This document shows, one piece after another, positions 47,601 to 58,404 of a stretch of 64,000 nt of DNA (within the stretch, counting starts at the first letter, position 1; each line of letters starts with the position of its first letter). Made by a program: the position numbers and the translations under genes. Source of the DNA: Rebecca billardiae RCC1528 (Eukaryota; Protista; Haptophyta); assembly GCA_965240325.2 (NCBI GenBank), contig OZ251228.1, positions 806,001-870,000 of the forward strand. The letters are read 5' to 3'. A model generated the notes under the pieces. That model did not search any database, was not told where the DNA came from, and saw only the letters and a list, made by a program, of their open reading frames with translations.

Positions 47601-50600
47601 ACCCGGACCTGCACCTGTGTTTCACGCACGCGGACGAGCCCGTGCGCTCGTACGGCGCGGCGATCACGCTGGTCGTGGCGCAGGTGCAGGGCCCGGCGTT
47701 CACCGTCGCGGTGGCGGGCGTGGAGGAGGCGCTGCCGTTCGAGGGCGTCGGCCTCGCGGCGGGCGACCAGGCGTACTGGGTCGAGGACGCGTCCGCGTGC
47801 CCGCCGGCGGGCGGCGGCGCGCTCGACGAGTACGGCGGCGTGTTCAACACGACCGGCCTCGGCGTGGGCGCCTTCACGCCGCTCGCGCCCAGGGCCGGCC
47901 TCTCGCTGTGCCACCGCTTCGCGGCCGAGCCGTGGGCGCACTACGCGGGCGTGACGCTCGACGTCTACCAGCTCGACGCGCTCGGCGGCGGCAGCCGCGC
48001 CGTGGTGGGCGAGCCGCACGCCGTCACCTTCTCGGGGTTTGGCGTGGCGGACGGCGACGCCGCGTACTGGGTGCCCGCGGGCACGGCCTCGTGCGCGGAC
48101 GAGCCGCCGCTCGTGCAGTGGGGCGGGCAGAAGACGCTGAGTGCGGGCCTTGGCGCGAGCTACACCTTCCTGCGCAAGTTTGGCGGCCTCGGCTACTCGA
48201 TCTGCTACCGCTTCCGCGCCGAGCCGTTCGCGCTGTACGCCAGCCTGCAGCTGGACGTGCTCGAGGTGAGCGGGCCGTTTGTCGTGCTCGCAGTCGTCAC
48301 GCTCGAGCGCACCTTCGCCTTCCAGGGCGTGGGCGTCGGCGCGGGGGACGAGGCGTACTTCGTGCCCGCGGCCGCGACGGCGTGCGACGAGGCGGCGAGC
48401 GTGAGCGGCGCCGCGGCCGTCGTCGCCGCCGACCGCACCGCCTCGTTCACGTTTGGCGCGGTCGCGACGGGCCACCGATTGTGTTACCGCTTTGGCGGCG
48501 CGTCGGGCGGCCTGCCGTGGCGCCGCTTCGCCGGCGTCACGCTCTCGGTCACCGTGCCCGGCGACCCGTTCGCACTCGCCAACTTCGATTCGCTCTCGCC
48601 GACGGGCGCGACGCTCACCAACAGCGGCATCGCCACCGACGTCACCATCGTCGGCACGCAGTTCGACCTGGGCGCGCAGAGCAAGGCGGACATCATCTAC
48701 TGCGTGTTCGACGGCACGCGCGTGCTCGTCAGCTCGATCACGCCCACCGAGATCTCGTGCACCGCGCCCGCCGCGAGCGTCGCGGGCGAGGTGACGCTCT
48801 CGCTCGTCGCGGACGAGGACGACGAGGACGGCGAGCCGCGCGAGCCCATCGCCATCACCAACGAGTTCGCCTACTTCGACATGGCGGGCGTGACGGTGGG
48901 CGCGCTCGCGCCGCCGGGCGCGCCGCAGGGCACGGCCGACGTCGAGGTCGCGGTCTCCGGCGCCAACTTCGCGGACTACGGCGAGCTGCGCTGCGCGTTC
49001 ATCGGGCCCAATTTTGCCGGCGGCCGCGTCGAGGTGGCGGCGACGCTGCCCGACGCGGGCACGTCCGAGCTGCTCTGCACCGCGCCGTACGTGTCGCCCA
49101 CCGTGAGCGCGGGCGCGATCGTGGTCGAGGTGTCGCTCAACGGCCAGGCCTTCAGCACCTCCGGCGCGCAGTTTACGCTGTACACCGCGCTCGTCGAGTC
49201 GGGCGAGCCGCAGGGCGCGCCGGTCGACGGCGGCGACGGCACGCGCCGGCGCGCGCTCGCGGGCTCCACCGCGATCACGCTCAGCGGCTCGGGCTTCGTC
49301 GACCTCGGCGCGGGCGCGCCGCTCTGCTTCTTTGTCGGCGCGGCCGGCGGCGGCGCGGTCTTCCAGGCGCCCGCCACCGTGGTCGACGCGGCGACGGCGG
49401 AGTGCGACACGCCGGTGGGCGCGGGCGCGGGCGAGTACACCGTCTCGCTCTCGCTCAACGGCGGCGTGCACCTCGCGCCGCTCTTCTTCGACCAGATCGG
49501 CTTCGAGCTGTACGACGCCTCGAACGTGGGCGTGACGGCGCTCGTGCCGCCCGGCGGGCCGGTGGCGGGCGGCACGCGCGTCACCGTGTTCGGCACGGGC
49601 TTCAAGGAGTACGGCGACGGCGCGAGCGAGGCGACCAAGCTACTGTGCTGCGTGCTCGACCGCGCGGGCGAGTGCGCCGTCAAGGCGACGCTCCTCGCGC
49701 CCGCGGCCAACGGGCAGGATCGCGCGCTGTGCACGATGCCCGCGGTCGACGTGTCGGGCAACCGCACGCTCGACGTCTCGCTCGGCGGCGGCAGCCTCGC
49801 GTCCACCACCGACGCGGGGCGGCCCTTCGTGTACTACGACGAGCCGAGCGTGCTCGAGGTCAGCCCGGCCGAGGGCGACGCGCTCGGCGGCACGCGCACC
49901 ACCATCATCGGCTCGGGCTTCGCCGCGCTCGCCGACGCGGCGCTGGGGTACGGCGCGGAGCCGGCCTCCTTCTTGCGCGTGCGGTTCGGGCCGACGACCG
50001 CCGCGCCGCCGCTCGAGTTCAGCGACACGCGCATCGTGCAGGTGGCGAGCTGGGGCGCGGAGGGCGGCGCGGCGGTGCGCGTCGCGCTCAACGGGCGGCA
50101 GTTCGCCCCCGCCGCCGCGGCCGACGCCGGCTCCTTCACCTTCGTCGGGCTGCACGCGCCCGAGATTGTATCTGCCGCGTTCAACGACGAGGCGACCGCG
50201 CTGATCGTGCAGCTCGACGACCAGCCGACCAACCGCGGCGGGATGGCGGGCTCGGGGCCGTGCGCGCGCGTGCTCGACGACGCGACGGTCGCGGCGATCC
50301 GCGGCGGCTTCAACGCCGCGCCGTCGTGCTACTGGGCCGACGACAGCACGCTGATCGCCGAGCTCAACTACCTGACGGCGCTGGGCCCGGGCTCGAGCGT
50401 GGCGCTGCGCGAGAACACGATCTGGCCCAAGGCGTTTGGCGGCAGCTGCCCGGACGAGGTGTGCGCGAGCTCGAGCGCGACGATCGACGCGGACTTCCCG
50501 TGCGTGGGCGCGTGCCCGGTGCCGGTGGCCGCGCTCAACGGGCCGACGCAGATCTCGTCGTGCCCGGGCGAGGTGCTCGTGCTCGACGCGAGCGGCTCGT

Positions 50601-53600
50601 CCGGCGGCGGCATCAAGGACCTCACGTACACGTGGCGCGTCGACCCGAGCGTCTCCGACTTTGCGGCGCAGATCAACGCGCGCCTCTCGGACGCGGCGAC
50701 GTACCCGCCCTCAACGGCGGTGCTCTCGATCGACGGGCTGCAGGGCACGAGCTTCGTCTTCCTGCTGCGCGTCTCCTCCTTCCTCGGCCGCACGTCCACG
50801 CTCGTGCGCTGGGCGGTCACGCGCGCGGGCGGCGCGACGCCCTCGCTCTCGATCGACGGGCCGTTCGAGCTGACCGCGCGGCCGGCGTCGAGCGTGCTGC
50901 TCAAGGGCGTGGCGGCGCTCGCCGACTGCTGGCCGGCGGACGACCCGGCGCAGATCGACTTCGCGTGGTCGGTCACGGGGATCGCCGACGCGACGGGCGC
51001 GGACGCCATCGCCACCGCCTCGCTCGCGCTCGCCGAGCCGAACAAGGCGTCGCTGCTCATCCCGGCCTTCACGCTCGTGCCCGATCTGTCGTACACGCTC
51101 GCGCTCTCGGCGGCGATGGCCGTCGACCCGACGTCGACGACGAGCGCGACCGTGCGGCTGGTGGTGGTGGCGCAGGCGCTGCAGGCGATCATCTCGGGCG
51201 GCGACCGGCGCGTGAGCACGACGGCCGACCTCGAGGTCGACGCCTCCTCCTCGTACGACCCGAACGTGCTCGACTCCGCCGCCGACACGACGCTCGAGTT
51301 TGCGTGGTCGGTCGCGCGCCAGACCAACGCGACGCACAGCGTCGCCACGTCCTTCGACGCGAGCGTCGCCGTGGACGGGTCGGTGCTCAGCGTGCCCGAG
51401 GCGGTGCAGCTGGTCGAGGGCAACTACACGATCAGCCTCACGCTCTCCAAGCCCGGCCTCGCCGACGCCACCGCCTCCATCTTTGTCGAGGTCGTGAACG
51501 GCGCCGTGCCGGTGATCACGTTTGCGCCGCTCACCGCGCTCAAGTACAACCCGACCTGGTCGCTGCCCACGCAGCGCGTCTCGCTCTCGACGACGCTGGA
51601 CGCGGTGTCGGTGGCGCGCGAGGAGGCGGGGCTCGACGCGTACGCGTACGCGTGGAGCGCGCGCGTCGACGTCGCCGGCGAGCTGCTCGACGCGGGCCTC
51701 GACCTCGCGGACACGGCGCGCGTGACGACGACGGGCGCGGACGGTCCGTCGCTCGCGTTCCGCTCGGGCGTGCTCACGCCCGGCGCGCTGTACGTGTTCG
51801 GGCTGGAGGTGTTCGGCGGCTCGCAGCCGGCGTTCGCGTCGGTGAGCGTGCAGATCAACCGCCCGCCGTACGGCGGCGACCTCGCCGTCTCGCCCATGGC
51901 CGGCGGCGTCGAGCTCGACACGAGCTTTGCGCTGCGCGCGAACGGCTGGACGGACGACCCGGAAGACACGCCGCTCGAGTATGGCTACTCGTACCTGCCG
52001 AGCGGCGCCGCGGCGGCGCAGTCGCTCGGCCAGCGCGTCAGGTCGAAGACGGCGAGCGCGTTCCTCCCCGCGGGCAACCTCACCGTCGCCGTCGCCGTCT
52101 TCGACTTCTACGGCGCGTCCGCCACCACGTCCGTGCCGGGCGTGCTCGTCGAGGCGGCCGGCTCGCTCGACTGCTCGGCGATCGCGGCCGCGCTCGATGC
52201 GGCCAGCACCGCCGCCGAGACGGGCTCGGGCTCGTCGGCGATGCAGCTGCTGCTCGCGCTCTCGAGCGCGGCGGGCGGGGTGACCGGCGTGTCCGAGTGC
52301 GACGGCACGAGCGGCCGCCGCCGCCGCCGCCTCGCCGACGACAACTCGACGGCGGCCGGCTCGTCTGCCGTCTCGACGCAGATGCTCGGCACGGCGAGCG
52401 CGGTCGCGACCGGCTCGGTCGCCACGTCCGACGCGCTGCAGCAGACCGCGTCGGTGGTGAGCTCGATCACGAGCGCGGCGGGCGACTCGCTCGACGAGAG
52501 CGGGCAGACCCTCGCCATCTCCACCGTCGCCGACGCCGCCGGCAGCGCCTCGTCCGAGGGCGGCTCGGACGCGTTCGTGAGCAACGTGGTCGGCACGATG
52601 AACAGCGTGCTGCAGTCGGCGGACGCGACGGCGAGCCGCCGCCGCCGGCTCGCCGAGGCGGGCAACGAGACGAACTGCACGGCGTCGGCGCTCGCGGCGA
52701 TCAACGCGGCGACGAAGCGCGCGGCCGACGCGGTCGCGTCGACGATGACCGCGGGCGGCGTCCCCGGCGAGCCCGGCACCGACGCGAGCACGCCCAAGGT
52801 GAACATCAGCGCGGTCGTCGCGACCAAGGGCGCGCTCACCAACGGCACGCTCGCCGGCCCCGGCGGGCAGGGCGCGCTCGACATCCAGCCGTCGGCGCTG
52901 GGCAACGCGACGGGCGGCGGCGTGGTGCTGCACTCGTCCATCATCGCCGACAACATCTACGCCGACCTCGGCTGCCCCGAGCCGAACGGCACGAACGCGT
53001 CGGACGGCTCGGACGGGCGGCGGCGCGCGCGCCGCCGGCTGCAGTCGGGCGACTCGGCGACCGGCACGCTGCAGACCGGCGTCTTCTCGGTCTCGCTCAA
53101 GGCGACGGACGGCGTCGAGCTCTCGATCAGCAACCTGGACGAGCCGATCGTGATCGCGATCCCGCTCAACCCGCCCGCCGACCCCGTCGTCGGCGCGTCG
53201 GGCACGTGCGCCGAGTTCGAGTCGTGCAACGCGGCGCGCGGCCGGGGCGCGTGCGAGGGCGGCGCGTGCCGCTGCGTCTCGCCCTACATGGGCGCGGCGT
53301 GCGCGGAGGAGGCGCAGTGCTTCTACTGGGACGAGACGCTGGCCGAGTGGACGCAGGACGGGTGCACGCGCATCCCCACGCCCGCGGGCGCCGACCCGTC
53401 CCTGCTCTACTGCAGCTGCACGCACCTCACCGACTTTGGCGGCGTCGCGGTCGACGTGCCCACCTCGACCGACGACATCGCCGAGGACGCGTCCGGCGTG
53501 AACGTCAACACCTTCTCGGCGGACGACGCGAAGAACGCGCTGGTGGTCTCGTCGCCGGAGCAGCTCGCCGAGCGCATCTCGAACAACCCGTACATCTTCG

Positions 53601-54626
53601 GCCTCGTCCTCGGCATGGCGGGCGGGTGCGCCGCCTCGCTGCTGCTCTTCTGCTGGAAGGACCGCACCGAGACGGAGGGGCGGCGCGCCAAGCGGATCGC
53701 CGCCGAGGAGAAGAAGCGCAAGAAGGCGGAGGCGCGCGCGCAGGCGCTCGAGGCGAGGCTGGACAAGATGGACGACGCGATCGCCGACCAGACCGAGAAG
53801 GCCGCGCTCGCCATCCAGGCCGTGATGCGCGGCAAGGCCGCGCGCAAGGAGGTGAAGGAGGCGCACTCGCTCTTCAAGCGCGGCGACCGCAACAAGGACC
53901 ACTCGTTCACGCGGCTGTACCGCATGATGGTGGGCGCGCTCGAGTCCGAGCACACGCTGCTCGGGCTGTGGTTCGGCGACCCCGAGACGGCCAAGCGCGC
54001 CGAGCTGTGCCAGTGCTTCTGGAACGTGTGCATGCTCGGCCTCGTCATCGAGTGCATGCTGTACGACACGTCGCCCTCGTCGGACGACGGCGGCTCGTCG
54101 GGCGCGGCGATCTCGTTCAATCTCGTGCAGATGGTGATCTTCGCCTCGATCACCGCGGGGCTCTCGCTGCCCGCGCTCGCGCTGTTCAAGATGATCTTCA
54201 CGCTCGGGTACGGCCGCGACACGCCGGTCGCGCAGCGCATCTTCAAGAACCTCGTCGACCCGAACGAGTCGGAGGACAAGATGATGGTGAGACACCGCGC
54301 CAAGCCGCCCACGCCCGCGCCCTCGCCCTCGCCCGCCAAGGCGGCGCAGCTGTGGCCCGAGCCGCCGAGCGCGGGGAGCGAGGACGGCGAGAGCGCGGGC
54401 GGCACGCGCACGAAGCGCGCGTCCAAGCTCCGCACGAGCAGCTCCGACCGCTCGCGCTTCGACGACACCGTCCGGCCCGTCACCACGCCCGCGGCGGACA
54501 GCGGGCGCGGCGCGCGCGCCATCGCCGCGCTGCAGGCCGGCGCCTCGGACGCTCGCGGCGGCGGCTCCCAGGGTGTGCGCGCGTGCGCGAGGCTGAAGAG
54601 CGGCAGCGACGCGAGCGCGGTGACGC

Positions 54627-54667
<41 letters not shown>

Positions 54668-56114
54668 GAGGCGGGTGCGCCGACCGGCAGTGGCCCCGCC
54701 GTGCGCACCGTCGCAAGGCTGCAGAGCAGCAGCGGCTCGAGTGCCGTGTCGCGCGCCGTGTCGCCGCCGCCCTCGCCGCCCGCGCCACCCGAGGCGGCGG
54801 CGCCGGCAAAACCGCCGCCGCCGCCGGCCGCCGCCCCAGCCGACGAGCCCACGCCGGCTACGATGCCACTGGCGGCCGTGCGGAGCACGCCCGCGCGCCC
54901 GGTCTCCGGCTCGGCCAGCACCCGCAGGGTCTTGAGCTCGCGCGTCGGCCTGCCACCCATGCCGTCCACTGCCGACGGCTCACGCACGCTCCCTGGCAAC
55001 GCCCCCGCCGGCGGCAGCTCCGGCGCCGGGAGCGGCCTGCCCCCACGCCCGCCGGCGGGAGAGCCGCGGCAGGGCGGTGTGCCACCGCCGCCGCGCGAGC
55101 AGAAGCGCGCGCTCAAGACCCCGCCGCCGCCGCCGCCGCCACCGGACACGGCCGGCGGCATCGCCCCCGCGCCCAGCGCCGCGGCGCCCGTCGCTGACGC
55201 GCCGGCGCAGTCGAAGACCCTCAAGCGCGTCGGATCGCTCAGCGTCAACGTGCAGCACTCGCTCTCCGAGGCGGTGGTGCGGCTGCTGCGCGCCAAGTTC
55301 AACAAGTTCGACGCGGACGGCAGCGGCCACATGGACGTGGGCGAGCTGCGCACGCTGCTCAACGAGATCGGCTTCAAGATGTCGCGCCGCCGCGTGCAGA
55401 AGCTCGCAAACACGCTCGACAAGGACCAGAACGCCGAGATCTCCTTCACCGAGCTGATCGCGTGGTACGACACGATGACGCAGGTGCGCGCGCGGCCCAG
55501 AGCGCGCGCGCGCCCCCACGCGGCACGCGGCGCTGCTCGCCCCCCTCACGCCGCGCGCGCCCCGGCGCGATGGCGCGCCCCGACCCCGCAGGAGGCGGCC
55601 GCGCGCGACGAGCGGCGCAAGCACGGCTGGCGCAAGCACGCCGCGGCGGTGCAGCGCGCGCTCACGCCGCACCCGTACGTGCGCATCGCGCTCGCGTGGT
55701 GCGCCATCTGGGCGATCTTCATCGCGATGGCGATGATCGCCATCACCTTCTCGGTCACGTTCGGGAACAACACGACGCGCGAGCTGCTCGTCAGCTGGAG
55801 CTTTGCTGAGGTGCAGACGCTCTCCGTCGAGGTGCGCGCGCCGCGCCAACGCGCGGGCCATCGCCCCGCAGGCCAGCCAGCCTCCCGGCCGCGCCGCCGC
55901 ACGCGCGACGACTCACCCGTGCGCTGTCACGGCCGCGTGCCGCCCACCTGCGCACCCGTCGCAGGAACCCATCATGATCGCCCTGAGCGCGGCGATGCCG
56001 TGGGTGATCGACCGCCTCACGTCCAACGAGGTGATGGCCGAGATCATCAACGACATCCTCGGATCGACTGTGGGGGCAGCCATCTCCGGTCTCAAAACCA
56101 TCTTCACGGGATGA
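23666..56114 (+). CDS. Giant (~10,735 aa) polycystin-1/REJ-GPS-like cell-surface protein; predicted exons 23666-55483, 55592-55831, 55965-56114
   Basis: Uninterrupted 32-kb ORF. Signal-like AVLLALAALLRLPGAAAG, FG-GAP repeats, SPn rod, IPT/TIG, REJ-type NRPPYGG..VSP..G..L.T.F..A.GW.DD, GPS CFYWD..W..DGC..CSCTHLTDF, TM helices, IQ and EF-hands. Two GTGCGC...CGCAG introns near the end give the C-terminus EPIMIAL...KTIFTG*. Confidence 0.9.
23810..32695 (+). other. Seven FG-GAP (integrin-alpha-type) beta-propeller modules within the giant CDS
   Basis: Recurrent FG-x-S/A-V...GD-x-D/N-GDG-x-x-D-I/L-x-VGAP blades, about 7 per ~420-aa module. Modules are separated by short poly-Pro linkers. Confidence 0.88.
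25031..31405 (+). repeat. Five near-identical tandem coding repeats of 1296 bp (432 aa; one unit 1257 bp)
   Basis: Unit starts at 25031, 26327, 27623, 28880 and 30176 (gcgaatctgggcgtggtgg / gccaatctggacgtg). Confidence 0.95.
32696..43000 (+). repeat. 10.3-kb coding repeat: extensin/HRGP-like Ser-Pro3/Ser-Pro4 rod (~3,435 aa)
   Basis: Translation is SPPPP(SPPP)4 units (21 aa / 63 bp), a central pure (SPPP)n block and a degenerate C-terminal part. Confidence 0.96.
43650..48560 (+). repeat. Seventeen diverged ~96-aa two-Cys beta-rich repeats within the giant CDS
   Basis: Consensus AVVG..E...F.G.G...GD.A.WV.....C......YGG........A.FT......L.LC(Y/F).F..EP(F/W)..Y....L, counted 17 times by the C(Y/F/H) motif. 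Confidence 0.85.
48580..53440 (+). other. About 5 IPT/TIG domains, PKD/REJ region, EGF-like module and GPS motif within the giant CDS
   Basis: P..GP..GGTRVTVFGTGF and VEVSLNGQ.F (IPT); LDASGS, AIISGGDR..VDASSSYDP, NRPPYGG (REJ); C..RGACEGGACRCVSPYMGAAC (EGF); CFYWD...CSCTHLTDF at 53318-53437 (GPS). Confidence 0.8.
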
Positions 56115-56214
56115 GCACCGCCCCGCACTACTGTACCTTACAGTTTGCCGTAAGTATTTAGCTAACTAGCTAGTAGCTACTACAGACATGACGACGGTAC
56201 TTACATTATTATAT

Positions 56215-57867
56215 GTGGCGTTATAGGGAACCTATAACTGAGTGTCTATGAGCGACGCCAAGAATCCGGCTCGCACGGCATTCCTGCGTTGTCCTGTGCG
56301 CACCGCCGCGCGCAGGAGTCCTGGTGCGCTGCCAATCTGGCCCACAGCGGCGCACCTGCAGGACTCGGTTGGTTACCGCTCACATCGGATCGATCAGGCT
56401 TCGCTCTCGGGGGCGCCATGGGGCTGCTCACGACGAAGGCGCCGAGCTGGGCAAGGGAATCGCCTGCATCGGGCACTGCCGGGTGCACGCTCCGCTGCAG
56501 GAGGTGCACCGCAGTCGCCGCAGCCCCTCTGCTCGGTAAGGTCGCTGGCTGTCTGTGTGGCCCGGCTCCCCGCCTGATCGTTCGGCGGCGCGACGTCATC
56601 ATCTGTCTTCGCCGCGTCGCCCCTCATGCAATGGTCTCTTGCTCTCGCCGCTGTCGCGTCAACCCGCACGCTTCATCGTTTGAGATACGCGCTCGCCTCG
56701 CGCCCGTGCGTCGCGCGGGTGCGGCGCACTCTGACGCGTGTCTGCTCGCCGCGCGTCGCGATCGATCGTGCGCGCGCGGCCGCGCAGTCCTCGTCTCTTC
56801 TATTTCTAAACGGGATTCATCAACGACTACTTGGACGCCCGCTCCAACTTATAAACGGGACTCGCGGGCGCCCTCTCGACCTCGGGCAGCAGCTCAACCG
56901 CCACGCCGCTGCCAGCGCCCGCCGTCGTTCGTTGCTCAAATCCCAACATAGCTAACCTGATCGTTCCATGATTGATCATTGTGGTCTGTCTACTCCACGA
57001 CGCCGCGCGCCGCGACCATCCAGCTCCAGAGTCCATTCGTACCCGACGCCTTGTACGAGCCGGGCATGGCGGAGTGGCTAGACGTGGCGTTATAGGGAAC
57101 CTATAACTGAGTGTCTATGAGCGACGCCAAGAATCCGGCTCGCACGGCATTCCTGCGTTGTCCTGTGCGCACCGCCGCGCGCAGGAGTCCTGGTGCGCTG
57201 CCAATCTGGCCCACAGCGGCGCACCTGCAGGACTCGGTTGGTTACCGCTCACATCGGATCGATCAGGCTTCGCTCTCGGGGGCGCCATGGGGCTGCTCAC
57301 GACGAAGGCGCCGAGCTGGGCAAGGGAATCGCCTGCATCGGGCACTGCCGGGTGCACGCTCCGCTGCAGGAGGTGCACCGCAGTCGCCGCAGCCCCTCTG
57401 CTCGGTAAGGTCGCTGGCTGTCTGTGTGGCCCGGCTCCCCGCCTGATCGTTCGGCGGCGCGACGTCATCATCTGTCTTCGCCGCGTCGCCCCTCATGCAA
57501 TGGTCTCTTGCTCTCGCCGCTGTCGCGTCAACCCGCACGCTTCATCGTTTGCCCGCCCGCCCACCCTCGGCCTCTGGCGGATATGGAAGCACTGCAGTGT
57601 CAGCGAGCCATCAGCCTTAATCGACCTTGCTCAGTGACTGACGACTCGCGGGCGCCCTCTCGACCTCGGGCAGCAGCTCAACCGCCACGCCGCTGCCAGC
57701 GCCCGCCGTCGTTCGTTGCTCAAATCCCAACATAGCTAACCTGATCGTTCCATGATTGATCATTGTGGTCTGTCTACTCCACGACGCCGCGCGCCGCGAC
57801 CATCCAGCTCCAGAGTCCATTCGTACCCGACGCCTTGTACGAGCCGGGCATGGCGGAGTGGCTAGAC
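56215..57867. repeat. Head-to-tail tandem pair of a non-coding element (56215-57083, 869 bp; 57084-57867, 784 bp)
   Basis: Both copies begin gtggcgttatagggaacctataactgag and end ggagtggctagac. They match except for one internal segment. The pair is flanked by ATAT on both sides. Confidence 0.92.
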
Positions 57868-58404
57868 ATATATATATATTATTGGTAACACTGACAGCGT
57901 GCGTCATGGCAATCTGTCGTCATCAGACTCAGTTACCAGTCATTGTCACCGTCGGAGTCCGGACCGATCGTCACCCGCCGACTTATATATGACGCGACTA
58001 CTCATCATCATGACATCAATGATCAATCGATGACTCATGAGTCATATGTCACGGTCCGAAGGCTCCGATCCGGGCGATCATCACAGCACAGGAGTCAGCA
58101 GGATCGCCCCGCGCCGACGCGGGTCGCGGGCACGCCCGAACGAAGCGTGACTGACGCGTCGTAGCTGCTACTATTATTTATAATATATATATAGTACGAC
58201 ATCATCCGGTGAGAATAATGCGATCAGCGATGCTGATGATCAGATGCTCGGACGAATGCTGCGCCGCCTGACGCGACGTTATTTATATTGACGACTATAC
58301 TACCATGATGATCATGACGATCATGATCATCAGGCATCAGCGCTACCAGTGATGCTCGTCATCGACTCGATCGAGCATCAGTGACGATGATAATCATAAT
58401 TCGA

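Noticed and set aside
42848-55197. 2207-, 2665- and 1194-aa overlapping ORFs
   Set aside because: Arg/Ala/Gly-rich shadow frames caused by extreme GC3, with no domain motifs.
55832-56161. C-terminus of the 10,841-aa raw ORF (VRAPRQRAGH...FAVSI)
   Set aside because: It reads through a GTGCGC...CGCAG intron. The spliced frame gives a more plausible hydrophobic EPIMIAL ending at 56114.
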